Assembly (NCBI GenBank): GCA_030765485.1
Contig: JAVCCR010000031.1
Location: 17,359 to 81,358 of the forward strand
Source of the DNA: Candidatus Gygaella obscura
GTDB lineage: Bacteria > Omnitrophota > Gorgyraeia > Gygaellales > Gygaellaceae
Direction of reading: 5' to 3'
Length of the DNA: 64,000 bases
Shown here: positions 19,582 to 29,669 of the stretch, piece after piece
Layout of the letters: each line of letters starts with the position of its first letter
Position numbering within the stretch: position 1 is the first letter of the stretch
Notes under the pieces: generated by a model
What the model was told of the DNA's origin: nothing
What the model saw: the letters and a program-made list of their open reading frames with translations, nothing else
Databases searched by the model: none
Program-made: the position numbers and the translations under genes

Positions 19582-20838
19582 ATGAAGTATCATATAAAAG
19601 ATATATCTTTAGCTAAAAAAGGAAAACTACGTATTGAATGGGCAAGTAATAATATGCCGGTATTAGCGTTGATTAGAAAACGTTTTGCCAAAGAGAAACC
19701 CTTAAAAGGGGTAAAACTTGCTGCGTGTTTGCATGTTACTACAGAAACCGGCGTATTAGCTCAGACTCTAAAGATGGGCGGAGCACAAGTTTTTGTCTGT
19801 GCATCTAATCTATTATCCACACAGGATGATGTAGCCGCTAGTCTTGTAAGAAATGATAAGATTCCTGTATTTTCAATTAGGGGAGAAGATACGAAAACTT
19901 ATTATAGTCATATAAAATCAGTTTTAGAGGTAAAGCCTGATATTACCATGGATGATGGTGCAGATTTAGTCAGTGTTGTTCATAAACGAGAAAACAAAGT
20001 TCATGCCAATATCATGGGTGGAACAGAAGAGACTACAACTGGTGTTATAAGGCTTAGGGCATTAGCGAATGAAAATAAACTTCGCTATCCGATTGTTGCT
20101 GTTAATGATGCATTGACCAAGCATTTGTTTGATAATCGCTATGGAACGGGTCAGTCTACTATGGACGGTATATTGCGCGCTACAAATAAACTTATTGCCG
20201 GAAGTAAATTAGTGGTCTGCGGATATGGTTGGTGTGGTAGGGGTGTAGCTTTAAGGGCTAAGGGAATGGCAGCGCATGTGATTGTTGCCGAGGTTGATCC
20301 CTTAAAGGCATTAGAGGCTACTATGGATGGATATGAAGTGATGACCTTAAAGAAAGCTGCACGCATAGGAGATATTTTCGTTACGGTAACTGGAGATGCT
20401 GCAGTAATCAGGAAGGAACATTTTTTATTGATGAAAGATGGTGCAATCGTTGCTAATGCAGGCCATTTTAACGTGGAGATAGATATCCCTTCTTTAGAAA
20501 AACTAAGTAAATCAAAAAGAGCTATAAGAGATTTTGTTATGGAGTATAACTTAAAAGGTAAACGCAGGATATATGTATTGGGCCAGGGTCGGCTTATTAA
20601 TCTGGCTGCAGCTGAAGGTCATCCGGCACAGGTTATGGATATGTCCTTTGCCAACCAGGCTTTAAGCGCCGAATACATTTTTAAGAATCATAAGAAAATG
20701 AAGCAGGCAGTTTATAAAGTGCCTGAAGCAATAGATAAAAAAATTGCATCTTTAAAGTTAAAGTCTATGGGTATTGGTATTGATAGCCTTACTAAAGAAC
20801 AAAAGAAATACCTCTGTAGCTGGGAGATAGGAACTTAA
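19582..20838 (+). CDS. ahcY: Adenosylhomocysteinase
   Basis: CLHVTTET, EETTTG, FDNRYGTG, GYGWCGRG, GRLINL, GHPAQVMDMSF. Confidence 0.97.
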   Translation: MKYHIKDISLAKKGKLRIEWASNNMPVLALIRKRFAKEKPLKGVKLAACLHVTTETGVLAQTLKMGGAQVFVCASNLLSTQDDVAASLVRNDKIPVFSIRGEDTKTYYSHIKSVLEVKPDITMDDGADLVSVVHKRENKVHANIMGGTEETTTGVIRLRALANENKLRYPIVAVNDALTKHLFDNRYGTGQSTMDGILRATNKLIAGSKLVVCGYGWCGRGVALRAKGMAAHVIVAEVDPLKALEATMDGYEVMTLKKAARIGDIFVTVTGDAAVIRKEHFLLMKDGAIVANAGHFNVEIDIPSLEKLSKSKRAIRDFVMEYNLKGKRRIYVLGQGRLINLAAAEGHPAQVMDMSFANQALSAEYIFKNHKKMKQAVYKVPEAIDKKIASLKLKSMGIGIDSLTKEQKKYLCSWEIGT

Positions 20839-21804
20839 ATGCCGATAAAAAAAATTGCAGTTTTAACTTCCGGAGGAGACGCACCCGGGATGAACGCTGC
20901 TATAAGAGCAGTGGTGCGTTTTGCCACTTATAACAAGATTGATGTTATGGGTGTTTTCCGTGGTTATGAAGGTTTGATTCAGGCAGATTTAAAATCTTTA
21001 AACCATAGATCTGTTTCTAATATTATTAATCGCGGCGGGACAATTTTAAAGACCGCAAGAAGCGATGAGTTTTTAACTGAAGAGGGTCAAAAAAAGGCAG
21101 TTAAGGTATTAAAGGAAAATAGTATCGATGGACTTGTTTTAATCGGCGGTAATGGAACTTATAAAGGAGCAATAGCTTTAAGTAAAAAGTGGGATATTCC
21201 CTGTATTGGAATTCCAGGGACAATTGACAATGATATAAACGGAACAGATTCTACTTTAGGAGCTGATACAGCAGTAAATACTGCCCTAGAAGCAATTGAT
21301 AAAATCCGTGATACAGCAACCAGTATGGAAAGGATTTTCGTAATTGAGGTTATGGGTAGAGATTCTGGTTATATTGCTCTTACATCTGCCTTAGGCGGTG
21401 GCGCAGAAGAGGTAGTTTTGCCGGAGATGAAATTTGATTTTGATAATATGAATCAGGAGATTGTTGAAGGCAATATCCGCGGTAAGATTAGTTGGATTGT
21501 TGTTGTTGCAGAAGGCGCAGGAAAAGCAGAAGATGTTGCTGATAAAATTACCGAGACAACTGGATTAGAGGTTAGAGTTGTTGTTTTAGGTCATGTCCAG
21601 CGAGGGGGAATTCCTACTGCACGAGATAGAATCCTGGCAACGCGTATGGGAGTAAAGGCTGTGGAGTTATTGATTGCTGGTGAAAAATCAAAAGCGGTTG
21701 GAGTGATTTCAAATGATATAAATGTAGTCGATTTGGAATTTGCCGTAATAAAAAAAGCAATAAATGTAGAAAGTCTTTATAGGTTAGTAAAAATAGTAAC
21801 TTAA
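20839..21804 (+). CDS. pfkA: ATP-dependent 6-phosphofructokinase
   Basis: TSGGDAPGMN, PGTIDND, EVMGR, LGHVQRGG. Confidence 0.95.
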   Translation: MPIKKIAVLTSGGDAPGMNAAIRAVVRFATYNKIDVMGVFRGYEGLIQADLKSLNHRSVSNIINRGGTILKTARSDEFLTEEGQKKAVKVLKENSIDGLVLIGGNGTYKGAIALSKKWDIPCIGIPGTIDNDINGTDSTLGADTAVNTALEAIDKIRDTATSMERIFVIEVMGRDSGYIALTSALGGGAEEVVLPEMKFDFDNMNQEIVEGNIRGKISWIVVVAEGAGKAEDVADKITETTGLEVRVVVLGHVQRGGIPTARDRILATRMGVKAVELLIAGEKSKAVGVISNDINVVDLEFAVIKKAINVESLYRLVKIVT

Positions 21805-21828
21805 TTTTATGAAAGGGGTGTTAGTTTT

Positions 21829-23154
21829 ATGGGTAGAAAGCCATTAGATATGACAAGGTTGGTAAAACAGTTGGTAAATACAGATGATTTAAATGAAAAA
21901 AAGAAAATCTCCAAGAAAATAAAGGATATTGCATATAAAAAAGGAGTGTATCCAGCAAGTATACATGATTTTTATATTGCAAGAGGCAAAAAAGAATATA
22001 ATGGTCTGACTGTTCCGGCAGTTAACATTAGAAGTCTTACATTTGATTTGGCGCGTGCAATGTTTAGGGTTGCTAAAAGGAATAATTCTGCAGCTTTTAT
22101 ATTTGAGATTGCCAAGTCAGAAATGGGTTATACTGCTCAGCCTCCGGTTGAATACTCTGCAGTTATTTTAGCAGCTGCTGTTAAGGAAGGCTATGAGGGA
22201 CCTGTTTTTATTCAAGGTGATCACTTCCAGGCAAATGTCAAAAAATACCAGGATAATCCGGAAAAAGAGATAGATGTTTTAAAGGCATTGATACAGGATT
22301 CTATAAATAACGGTTTTTATAATATTGATATAGATTCTTCTACTTTGGTTGATTTGTCAAAAAAAAGTATCAAAAAACAGCAATTTGCGAATTATGAAGT
22401 TTGTGCAAAACTTACGCAGTTTATTAGAAGGATTCAACCTCGTGGGGTTACAGTTTCTGTCGGTGGTGAGATCGGTGAGGTAGGACAAAAGAATTCTACG
22501 CCAGAGGATCTGCGTGCATTTATGGAAGGTTTTAATGAGCGTTTAAGAAAAGGCCTTACCGGAATTAGCAAGATTTCTGTGCAGACCGGTACTTCACACG
22601 GAGGAGTTGTTTTACCCGACGGTACTATTGCCCAGGTAAAGCTTGATTTTGAGACATTAAAGAATTTATCTGAAATTGCCAGAAATGAATTCTCAATGGC
22701 CGGAGCGGTTCAGCATGGTGCATCTACTCTTCCAGAGGACGCGTTTCATAAGTTTGTTGAATGCGAAGCTGCTGAGGTTCACTTGGCAACACAGTTTCAG
22801 AATATGATTTTTGACAGCAAGCATTTCCCAGAAGATTTAAGGGATAAGATATATGCCTGGATAAAGGAAAATTTGTCTTCAGAACACAAGGAAGGTCAAA
22901 CTGAAGAACAGTTTATTTATAAAACTCGCAAGAAGGCCTTAGGACCGTTTAAAAAGGATATCATGGCTTTGGATGAGTCGATAAAGGATGCAATTAGTAA
23001 AGAAATAGAAAATAAGTTTGAGTTTTTGTTTAAACAGCTTAATACGATAAATAACTCTGATTTAGTAAAAAAACATACAATTTTTAAAAGAGTGATTTCT
23101 CGAAAAAAAGAACAAGGTCCGGAAGCCATTCACGATGGCGAGGGTGATGATTAA
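21829..23154 (+). CDS. Class II fructose-bisphosphate aldolase family protein
   Basis: VPAVN, QGDHFQ, GEIGEVG, GTSHGG, VQHGAS. Follows pfkA. Confidence 0.85.
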   Translation: MGRKPLDMTRLVKQLVNTDDLNEKKKISKKIKDIAYKKGVYPASIHDFYIARGKKEYNGLTVPAVNIRSLTFDLARAMFRVAKRNNSAAFIFEIAKSEMGYTAQPPVEYSAVILAAAVKEGYEGPVFIQGDHFQANVKKYQDNPEKEIDVLKALIQDSINNGFYNIDIDSSTLVDLSKKSIKKQQFANYEVCAKLTQFIRRIQPRGVTVSVGGEIGEVGQKNSTPEDLRAFMEGFNERLRKGLTGISKISVQTGTSHGGVVLPDGTIAQVKLDFETLKNLSEIARNEFSMAGAVQHGASTLPEDAFHKFVECEAAEVHLATQFQNMIFDSKHFPEDLRDKIYAWIKENLSSEHKEGQTEEQFIYKTRKKALGPFKKDIMALDESIKDAISKEIENKFEFLFKQLNTINNSDLVKKHTIFKRVISRKKEQGPEAIHDGEGDD

Positions 23155-23163
23155 AAAGCATTA

Positions 23164-23191
23164 TTGTCAAAATTGTATATAATGCTATAAT
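23164..23191 (+). promoter_or_regulatory. sigma70-type promoter of the ilv operon
   Basis: TTGTCA (23164-23169), 16 nt, TATAAT (23186-23191) with extended -10 TGC. Confidence 0.65.
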
Positions 23192-23219
23192 TTAAGGTAA
23201 GTTAATTTAAGGTGAAATT

Positions 23220-24884
23220 ATGACTGGTTCTGAAATTCTGTTGGAGTGTTTTAAAAGAGAAGGCGTTGAGATAATATTTGGTTATCCCGGAGGTTCTGTA
23301 TTGCCTCTTTTTGATAAGCTGTATGATTCAGATATTAAGTTTATCTTAACTCGCCACGAACAGGGCGCAGCGCATGCAGCAGATGGTTATGCGCGCGCAA
23401 CCGGTAAGGTGGGAGTTTGTATTGCTACTTCGGGGCCTGGTGCGACTAATCTAGTTACAGGTATTGCCACCGCCCATATGGATTCTATTCCTATGGTAGC
23501 AATTACCGGGCAGGTGAAGACTTTTTTAATCGGTAATGATGCTTTTCAAGAGGCGGATCTTACAGGAATAACGCGTTCAATAACTAAGCATAATTATCTG
23601 GTTAAGGATACAAAAGATTTGGCTAAGATAATTCGTGAGGCTTTTCATATTGCTTCAACCGGAAGGCCAGGGCCTGTTTTGATTGATATCCCTGTTGATG
23701 TGCAGATTGGGAAAACTGATTTTATTTGGCCGGAAGAAGTGGATATGAGAAGCTATCAACCAACATTTTTCGGTCATCCCGGACAGATAAAAAAAGCAGC
23801 TGGAATTATTGCAAAAGCCAAAAGACCTGTTATTTATGCAGGAGGCGGTATTATTATTTCCGGTGCAAGTCAGGAACTTAAAACTTTTGCTGAGAAAATT
23901 AAAACCCCTGTCACTTGGACCCTTATGGGTATTGGTGCATTTGCTTCTGAGCACGAGCTTTCTTTGGGGATGTTAGGGATGCATGGTACTGCTTATGCAA
24001 ACCATGCGATAATGGAGTCAGATTTAATTATTGCTGTTGGTGCGCGCTTTGACGATAGAGTTACGGGAAAAATTGATGAATTTGCACCTCACGCAAAGAT
24101 TATCCATATTGACATTGACCCGGCTTCAATCAGTAAAAATGTTAAGGTGGATGTTCCTATTGTAGGAGATGCTAAAAATATTTTAGTTCAGCTTATTGAA
24201 GAGATAAAGATTTCTCCTAAAACAGAAGATTGGTTTAAGAGTATCGAGGTCTGGAAAAACAAACATCCTATGGTGTATGAGAATGATATAAAAATTAAGC
24301 CCCAGTATGTGATTGAACAAATTTATGAAGCTACCAAGGGTGAAGCAATAATTACGACAGAGGTGGGTCAAAATCAGATGTGGGCAGCGCAGTGGTATAA
24401 GTATAAATATCCGCGTACCTATATTTCAAGTGGCGGTTTAGGCACTATGGGTTATGGTTTTCCTGCTGCTATAGGGGCAAAGATGGGTTGTCCGGAAAAG
24501 GAAGTTTTTGATATAGCAGGTGATGGTTCGATTCAGATGAATATTCAGGAATTGGCAACCTGTGTTTGTAACAAGATAAATGTAAAAGTAGCTATTTTAA
24601 ATAACGGGTATTTGGGTATGGTTAGACAGTGGCAGGAGTTGTTTTATAAAAAAAGATATTCTCATACTTGTATTTCTCATCCGGACTTTGTTAAACTTGC
24701 TGAAAGTTACGGTGCTTTGGGTATACTTGTTGAAAAAAAAGAAGATGTGCGTCCGGCAATTGAGAAGGCAATAAAAACAGACAATACTGTTATGATTGAT
24801 TTCAGGATTGATCCGGAGGAAAATGTTTTTCCTATGGTTCCTGCAGGACAAGCGATTAATAGAATGATAGGCGGCATGGCATAA
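23220..24884 (+). CDS. ilvB: Acetolactate synthase large subunit
   Basis: [40 protein letters not shown]...NN ThDP motif, GMVRQWQ. Confidence 0.97.
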   Translation: MTGSEILLECFKREGVEIIFGYPGGSVLPLFDKLYDSDIKFILTRHEQGAAHAADGYARATGKVGVCIATSGPGATNLVTGIATAHMDSIPMVAITGQVKTFLIGNDAFQEADLTGITRSITKHNYLVKDTKDLAKIIREAFHIASTGRPGPVLIDIPVDVQIGKTDFIWPEEVDMRSYQPTFFGHPGQIKKAAGIIAKAKRPVIYAGGGIIISGASQELKTFAEKIKTPVTWTLMGIGAFASEHELSLGMLGMHGTAYANHAIMESDLIIAVGARFDDRVTGKIDEFAPHAKIIHIDIDPASISKNVKVDVPIVGDAKNILVQLIEEIKISPKTEDWFKSIEVWKNKHPMVYENDIKIKPQYVIEQIYEATKGEAIITTEVGQNQMWAAQWYKYKYPRTYISSGGLGTMGYGFPAAIGAKMGCPEKEVFDIAGDGSIQMNIQELATCVCNKINVKVAILNNGYLGMVRQWQELFYKKRYSHTCISHPDFVKLAESYGALGILVEKKEDVRPAIEKAIKTDNTVMIDFRIDPEENVFPMVPAGQAINRMIGGMA

Positions 24885-25360
24885 TGAGACATACAATTTC
24901 AGTTTTAGTGGAGAATAAATTCGGTGTGTTAGCGCGCATTGCCGGGCTTTTTAGCGCAAGAGGTTTTAATATCGATAGTCTAGCCGTAGGCGTAACGGAA
25001 GACCCAGAAGTTTCGCGCATGACCATAGTTGTAAATACGAAAGATGAACGAATCTTAGAGCAGATAAAGAAGCAGCTGAATAAGTTGATTGATGTTATAA
25101 CCGTAATTGATTTGACCAAAAGAGATTTTATCGGCAGAGAACTTGTGTTACTCAAGGTATCTTTAGAAAAGATAAAAAAGAGTACATTGTTAAAATTGCT
25201 TAAGAAACTCGATGGTAAGATTGTTAAAATAGCCTCAAGACAGGCAATAGTCGAGGTTTCTGCCGAACAGGATGATTTAAAAGAGCTTTTGTTTAAGCTT
25301 AAAGATGCAGGTTTAAAAGAATTAACGCGTACAGGCAGAATTGCTATAAGTATAAATTGA
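24884..25360 (+). CDS. ilvN: Acetolactate synthase small subunit
   Basis: ISVLVENKFGVLARIAGLFSARGFNIDSL, ELTRTG. Confidence 0.95.
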   Translation: MRHTISVLVENKFGVLARIAGLFSARGFNIDSLAVGVTEDPEVSRMTIVVNTKDERILEQIKKQLNKLIDVITVIDLTKRDFIGRELVLLKVSLEKIKKSTLLKLLKKLDGKIVKIASRQAIVEVSAEQDDLKELLFKLKDAGLKELTRTGRIAISIN

Positions 25361-25361
25361 T

Positions 25362-26801
25362 ATGAATGCTAAAACAAAATCAAAGTTAGGCTCAATAGAA
25401 AAAGCACCGCTTATTCGTAAATTTACTGTTTTATTTATTGTGATGAGCCTTTTGCCTTTTTTGGTTATTGCCTATTTGTTTACACAGTATAATAATTTCG
25501 GCAGCATAAATATTGATCAGAATATTCTGGTTATTTTGCTGTTTTTAGTCGGTGCAGGAACGCTAGCTGGTTTTTATGGCATGAGACGTTCAATTATGAA
25601 GATTCAGCAGTTGACCAAAACAGCAACAAGTCTTGTTTCTAAAAAAATTCCCGGTTTAGGTGAAGTAAAACAAGAACAAAGTGAAATAAGTCAGCTTACC
25701 CATGCATTTAATGCTGTTACTCAGAATCTAGAAAATAATATTAAGCGTTTAGAGGCTTCAAAACGGACCATGCAGGATGTTTTATCAAAGCTTGCTTTGG
25801 GTTTATCTTCAGTCAAGACCATGGATACTTTCTTGGATTTGATTGTTGAGATAACAGCTAATGCCTTGGATGCCAAAAGAGGCGTATTGATGCTTATGGA
25901 TGAAAAACAAGAGCAGCTTTATGTTAAGGTGTCTTCTGGTTTTGATTTGCAGTTTACTAATATAAAGCTTAAGGTGGGTGAAGAAGCTCCTGGTTGGGTG
26001 GCAAAACACAAAAAACCCCTTTTGATACCTGTTGTAGAGAGTCAGCAACAAAGGGTTGAAGAGGTAGATCCTTTTGCGCCACCTCTTTTAAGTGCGCCTA
26101 TGTTATATCAAGATAGACTTATAGGAGTTTTAACTGTGGTGGGAAAAATCACCGGAGGAAACTTTCAGGAAGATGAGTTGATAATAATTCAGAATCTTGC
26201 AACGCAGACTGCGGTGGCGGTTGAAAACGACAGGCTTCATAAGGATGCGGAAAATACTTATATAGAAACTATTTCAGCGTTGGCTATGGCTGTTGAAGCT
26301 AGAGATCCTTATAGTCGTGGTCATTCGGATAGGGTAGCGAAGTATTCTGTTTCCGTAGCTAAGAAGTTAGGTTTAAGTGAAGATGAAATTCACGATATAG
26401 AACATGCGGGTGAGCTTCACGATGTGGGTAAAATCGGTATCAGCGATGAGATTTTACGCAAACCAGGTATTCTTAGTGAAGAAGAGAAAAAAGTAATGCA
26501 TAAACATCCGGTTATTGGAGAGGGGATAGTTAAACCTGTAAGGACATTATCGCGTTTATGTAGGACGATAAGACATCATCATGAGTGGATTGATGGCAGC
26601 GGATATCCAGATGGTATCGGCGGCAATGAAATTTCCATTGCTGCAAAGATTTTAGCTGTTGCTGATAGTTTTGATGCAATGACAACAGATAGGCCATATA
26701 GAAAAGGTCTTAGCGTAGAAAAAGCCAAAGATGAAATTAAAAAGTATTATGGCATTAGATATGACAAGAAAGTGGTGGATGCTTTTTTAAGCATAGTTTA
26801 A
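25362..26801 (+). CDS. Membrane-anchored HAMP-GAF-HD-GYP protein (c-di-GMP phosphodiesterase candidate)
   Basis: Two TM helices, EISQLTHAFN (HAMP), GAF, then RDPYSRGHSDRV, LHDVGKIG, HHEWIDGSGYP, VADSFDAMTTDRPYR. Confidence 0.9.
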   Translation: MNAKTKSKLGSIEKAPLIRKFTVLFIVMSLLPFLVIAYLFTQYNNFGSINIDQNILVILLFLVGAGTLAGFYGMRRSIMKIQQLTKTATSLVSKKIPGLGEVKQEQSEISQLTHAFNAVTQNLENNIKRLEASKRTMQDVLSKLALGLSSVKTMDTFLDLIVEITANALDAKRGVLMLMDEKQEQLYVKVSSGFDLQFTNIKLKVGEEAPGWVAKHKKPLLIPVVESQQQRVEEVDPFAPPLLSAPMLYQDRLIGVLTVVGKITGGNFQEDELIIIQNLATQTAVAVENDRLHKDAENTYIETISALAMAVEARDPYSRGHSDRVAKYSVSVAKKLGLSEDEIHDIEHAGELHDVGKIGISDEILRKPGILSEEEKKVMHKHPVIGEGIVKPVRTLSRLCRTIRHHHEWIDGSGYPDGIGGNEISIAAKILAVADSFDAMTTDRPYRKGLSVEKAKDEIKKYYGIRYDKKVVDAFLSIV

Positions 26802-26827
26802 TGATAAAACCGTAAAGGAGATTGAAG

Positions 26828-27820
26828 ATGGCAAAGATATTTTATGACAAAGATGCTGACTTGGGTTTATTGAAGAATAAGGTTGTAGCGATAATAGGTT
26901 ATGGTATACAAGGTAGAGGTCAGGCACTTTGTTTAAGAGATAGTAAAGTTAATGTGATTGTTTCAGAGCTTTCCAATACACCTAATTTTAAGCAGGCGAA
27001 AAGAGATGGTTTTAAGCCTGTTTCAGCTAAAGAAGCTGCAAAAAAAGCTGATATAATCCAGATCCTAACTCAAGACCATGTGCAATCTTTTGTTTATAAT
27101 AATTCAATCAAGCCGTATCTAACAAAGAGCAAGGCTTTGTGTTTTTCTCACGGTTTTAATATCCATTTTAAAGAGATTAAACCGCCTAAATCTGTAGATG
27201 TGTTTATGGTTGCTCCTAAAGGTCCGGGTGCTTTAGTAAGAAAGATGTACGAAGAAGGAAAAGGTGTTCCTTCTTTGGTTGCGGTTTATCAGAATGCAAG
27301 TGGCAAGGCTTTAAAATTTGCTTTAGCCTATGCAAAGGCATTAAAGGCAACAACGGCGGGAGTTATTAAAACTACCTTTAAGGAAGAAACAGAAACAGAT
27401 CTTTTTGGTGAGCAGGCTGTTTTATGCGGTGGGGTAAGTGAGCTTATTACGGCTGGTTTTGATACTCTTATAAAGGCAGGCTATCAAAATGAGATTGCTT
27501 ATTTTGAGGTTTTGCATGAATTGAAACTGATCACTGATCTTATTCAGGAATATGGGATATCGGGTATGAGAAGACGAGTTTCTAATACAGCCTGTTATGG
27601 AGATCTTTCAAGGGGTAAAAGAATAATTACCAAAAAGACACGTCTTGAGATGAATAAAATTTTAAAGGAGATTAAGTCAGGAAAATTCGCTAGAGAGTGG
27701 ATTAGAGAAAATAAAAAAGGAAGACATAATTTTAACAGGCTTCTTATTCAGGGCGACAGGCATAAGATCGAGCAGGTCGGTAAGAAGTTAAGAAAAATGA
27801 TGCCTTGGATGAAGCATTAG
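26828..27820 (+). CDS. ilvC: Ketol-acid reductoisomerase
   Basis: [39 protein letters not shown]. Confidence 0.97.
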   Translation: MAKIFYDKDADLGLLKNKVVAIIGYGIQGRGQALCLRDSKVNVIVSELSNTPNFKQAKRDGFKPVSAKEAAKKADIIQILTQDHVQSFVYNNSIKPYLTKSKALCFSHGFNIHFKEIKPPKSVDVFMVAPKGPGALVRKMYEEGKGVPSLVAVYQNASGKALKFALAYAKALKATTAGVIKTTFKEETETDLFGEQAVLCGGVSELITAGFDTLIKAGYQNEIAYFEVLHELKLITDLIQEYGISGMRRRVSNTACYGDLSRGKRIITKKTRLEMNKILKEIKSGKFAREWIRENKKGRHNFNRLLIQGDRHKIEQVGKKLRKMMPWMKH

Positions 27821-27836
27821 ATAGAGGAATAATTTT

Positions 27837-29669
27837 ATGAAGAAAACCTTAACCTTTCTTTTAATTGGTACGTTTTTTATTATTTTGTTGTCAGCTGGGT
27901 TTTATTTTCTGCAGCAGAAGAAAACCTCGCTTGAGTTTACGGAATTGGCTGAACTTGTTTCTCAAGATGCAATGGCCTATATTTATGCGGATAATTTAAA
28001 TGAAGTTTTTGGTGAAATTACTCAGACTGCTTTAGCAAAAAATATCATCAAGTCTAGCCCTTGGAAGAATTTTATTAATTCAGATAAAGGAAAAAATGAA
28101 TATAAAAAGGCTTTACAGATAAAGGATTTGGTTTTAAGCGTGTTAAAGAAAAGATACTCTATAGCTTTTTACTCAAGAGAAAAAGTTGAGGTTGATTTTC
28201 TGCATTTGGTAGAATTAACGCCCGATAGCAGATTTAAGGAAAAAATATTAAAAATATTTTTGGACAAGAGTGGAAAAACAGATATTAAAAGTTCAAAATA
28301 TAAAAAGTTTGTCATCAATACAGTATATTTGGATAATTTCAATCTGTATTATACCGTTGCGGGCAGTATCGCTTTAATATCCAATAACCAACAACTTGTA
28401 AAAGATGCTTTGGATTTAGGTAGTAGTAGAAAAGATAAGTCTCTTGCCGATAGTAATCGTGTAAATAATATAAGGAAGAAGTTTAATAAGACCGAGCGTT
28501 TTATGTGGGCTTGGTTTGATGCAAGAAAATGGCAGGAGGTTTCTCAACAAGCTTTATTAAAGGAAAATAAAGATAATGCATTAGATGAGCAGTTAATCAA
28601 TGAGCTTAAGAGCCCTTTTAGCGATGTATGTTTGGAGTGTGTTTTTGATAATGGGTTTGAAATAAGAATAATTTCTATGGTCGATAAGTCCTTAACAAGC
28701 GATGATGATCAAATTAAGATATATAATCTTTTTGCCGATAAGATATCCGATAAGAGGCTGCTTAATGTTTTCCCCAAACAGTCTTTGGCTTTGGCCAGTG
28801 TCCATATTGAAAGTGTTTTAGATTGGTACGAATTATTTAAGGACTATCTGGACACACCTTTATTAAAATCACCTATTATGGGCAGTCAAGATTCTTTTAA
28901 AATAAGTGATTTTAAAAATAATGTTTTAGATTACTGCGGAATTGATTTAGAAAAAGAGGTTTTATCAAATATCGGTAAGGAATTAAGTGTCGGTTTTATT
29001 GGTTTTGAAAATTTCTCCATGCCTGGTTTAAACAAGATGCCTGGTAAGGTTAATTTAAGTATTCCTTTGCCTCAGTTGTTGTTAGCTTTCGAAGTTAGGG
29101 AAGCAACAAAGGCAAAAGATACAATGAAGAAGTTATATAATAAAGTGATATCTGATCGCAATGAGCAGATGTTTTCCCATATACAGATTCCGGAAACAGA
29201 AGAAAGCGATGAATCTGCATTTAAGATTCCAGAGTTTGAAATTCAAGAACGTGATTACAAAGGAAGTACAATCTATCAGGTGGGTATAAATAGTCCAGAG
29301 CTTCAAGGCAAGGCATCCTTAGCATCTTTGATGATGTTTCCCAGTTTTACAGTAAAAAATAATGATTTTCTTATCAGTTTTCCTTCATTGTCAGTGGACA
29401 GGGCTTTGGATGATTATGATACAAAACAAAATTCAATAAAAGATAATAGAAAAATATCCGATTTGTTAGATTCGGATTATACTTTTATGTTTTTTGTTGA
29501 TGTTAATAATATTATAAGTTCATTGGAGTTTATTTTAAAGGTTTTGCCGATACATGAAAGTATTTCCGAGGTTATAGATATTATAGCTTGTATTGATTTT
29601 GTAGCCTCGAGGATGGTTAATAAAAGCGAATACGCTGAGTCAAATCTTATCATAAAGTTAAAAAAGTAA
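27837..29669 (+). CDS. Large membrane-anchored/exported hypothetical protein (DUF3352-like)
   Basis: N-terminal hydrophobic anchor, 610 aa, GAGG SD, stop overlaps the leuA start. Family assignment is tentative. Confidence 0.6.
   Translation: MKKTLTFLLIGTFFIILLSAGFYFLQQKKTSLEFTELAELVSQDAMAYIYADNLNEVFGEITQTALAKNIIKSSPWKNFINSDKGKNEYKKALQIKDLVLSVLKKRYSIAFYSREKVEVDFLHLVELTPDSRFKEKILKIFLDKSGKTDIKSSKYKKFVINTVYLDNFNLYYTVAGSIALISNNQQLVKDALDLGSSRKDKSLADSNRVNNIRKKFNKTERFMWAWFDARKWQEVSQQALLKENKDNALDEQLINELKSPFSDVCLECVFDNGFEIRIISMVDKSLTSDDDQIKIYNLFADKISDKRLLNVFPKQSLALASVHIESVLDWYELFKDYLDTPLLKSPIMGSQDSFKISDFKNNVLDYCGIDLEKEVLSNIGKELSVGFIGFENFSMPGLNKMPGKVNLSIPLPQLLLAFEVREATKAKDTMKKLYNKVISDRNEQMFSHIQIPETEESDESAFKIPEFEIQERDYKGSTIYQVGINSPELQGKASLASLMMFPSFTVKNNDFLISFPSLSVDRALDDYDTKQNSIKDNRKISDLLDSDYTFMFFVDVNNIISSLEFILKVLPIHESISEVIDIIACIDFVASRMVNKSEYAESNLIIKLKK

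Noticed and set aside
20839-21804. GGNGT instead of GGDGS in PfkA as a sign of PPi dependence
   Set aside because: Both specificity positions are Gly (GGNG, PGTIDND), which indicates the ATP type. The Asn variant occurs in other PFKs.
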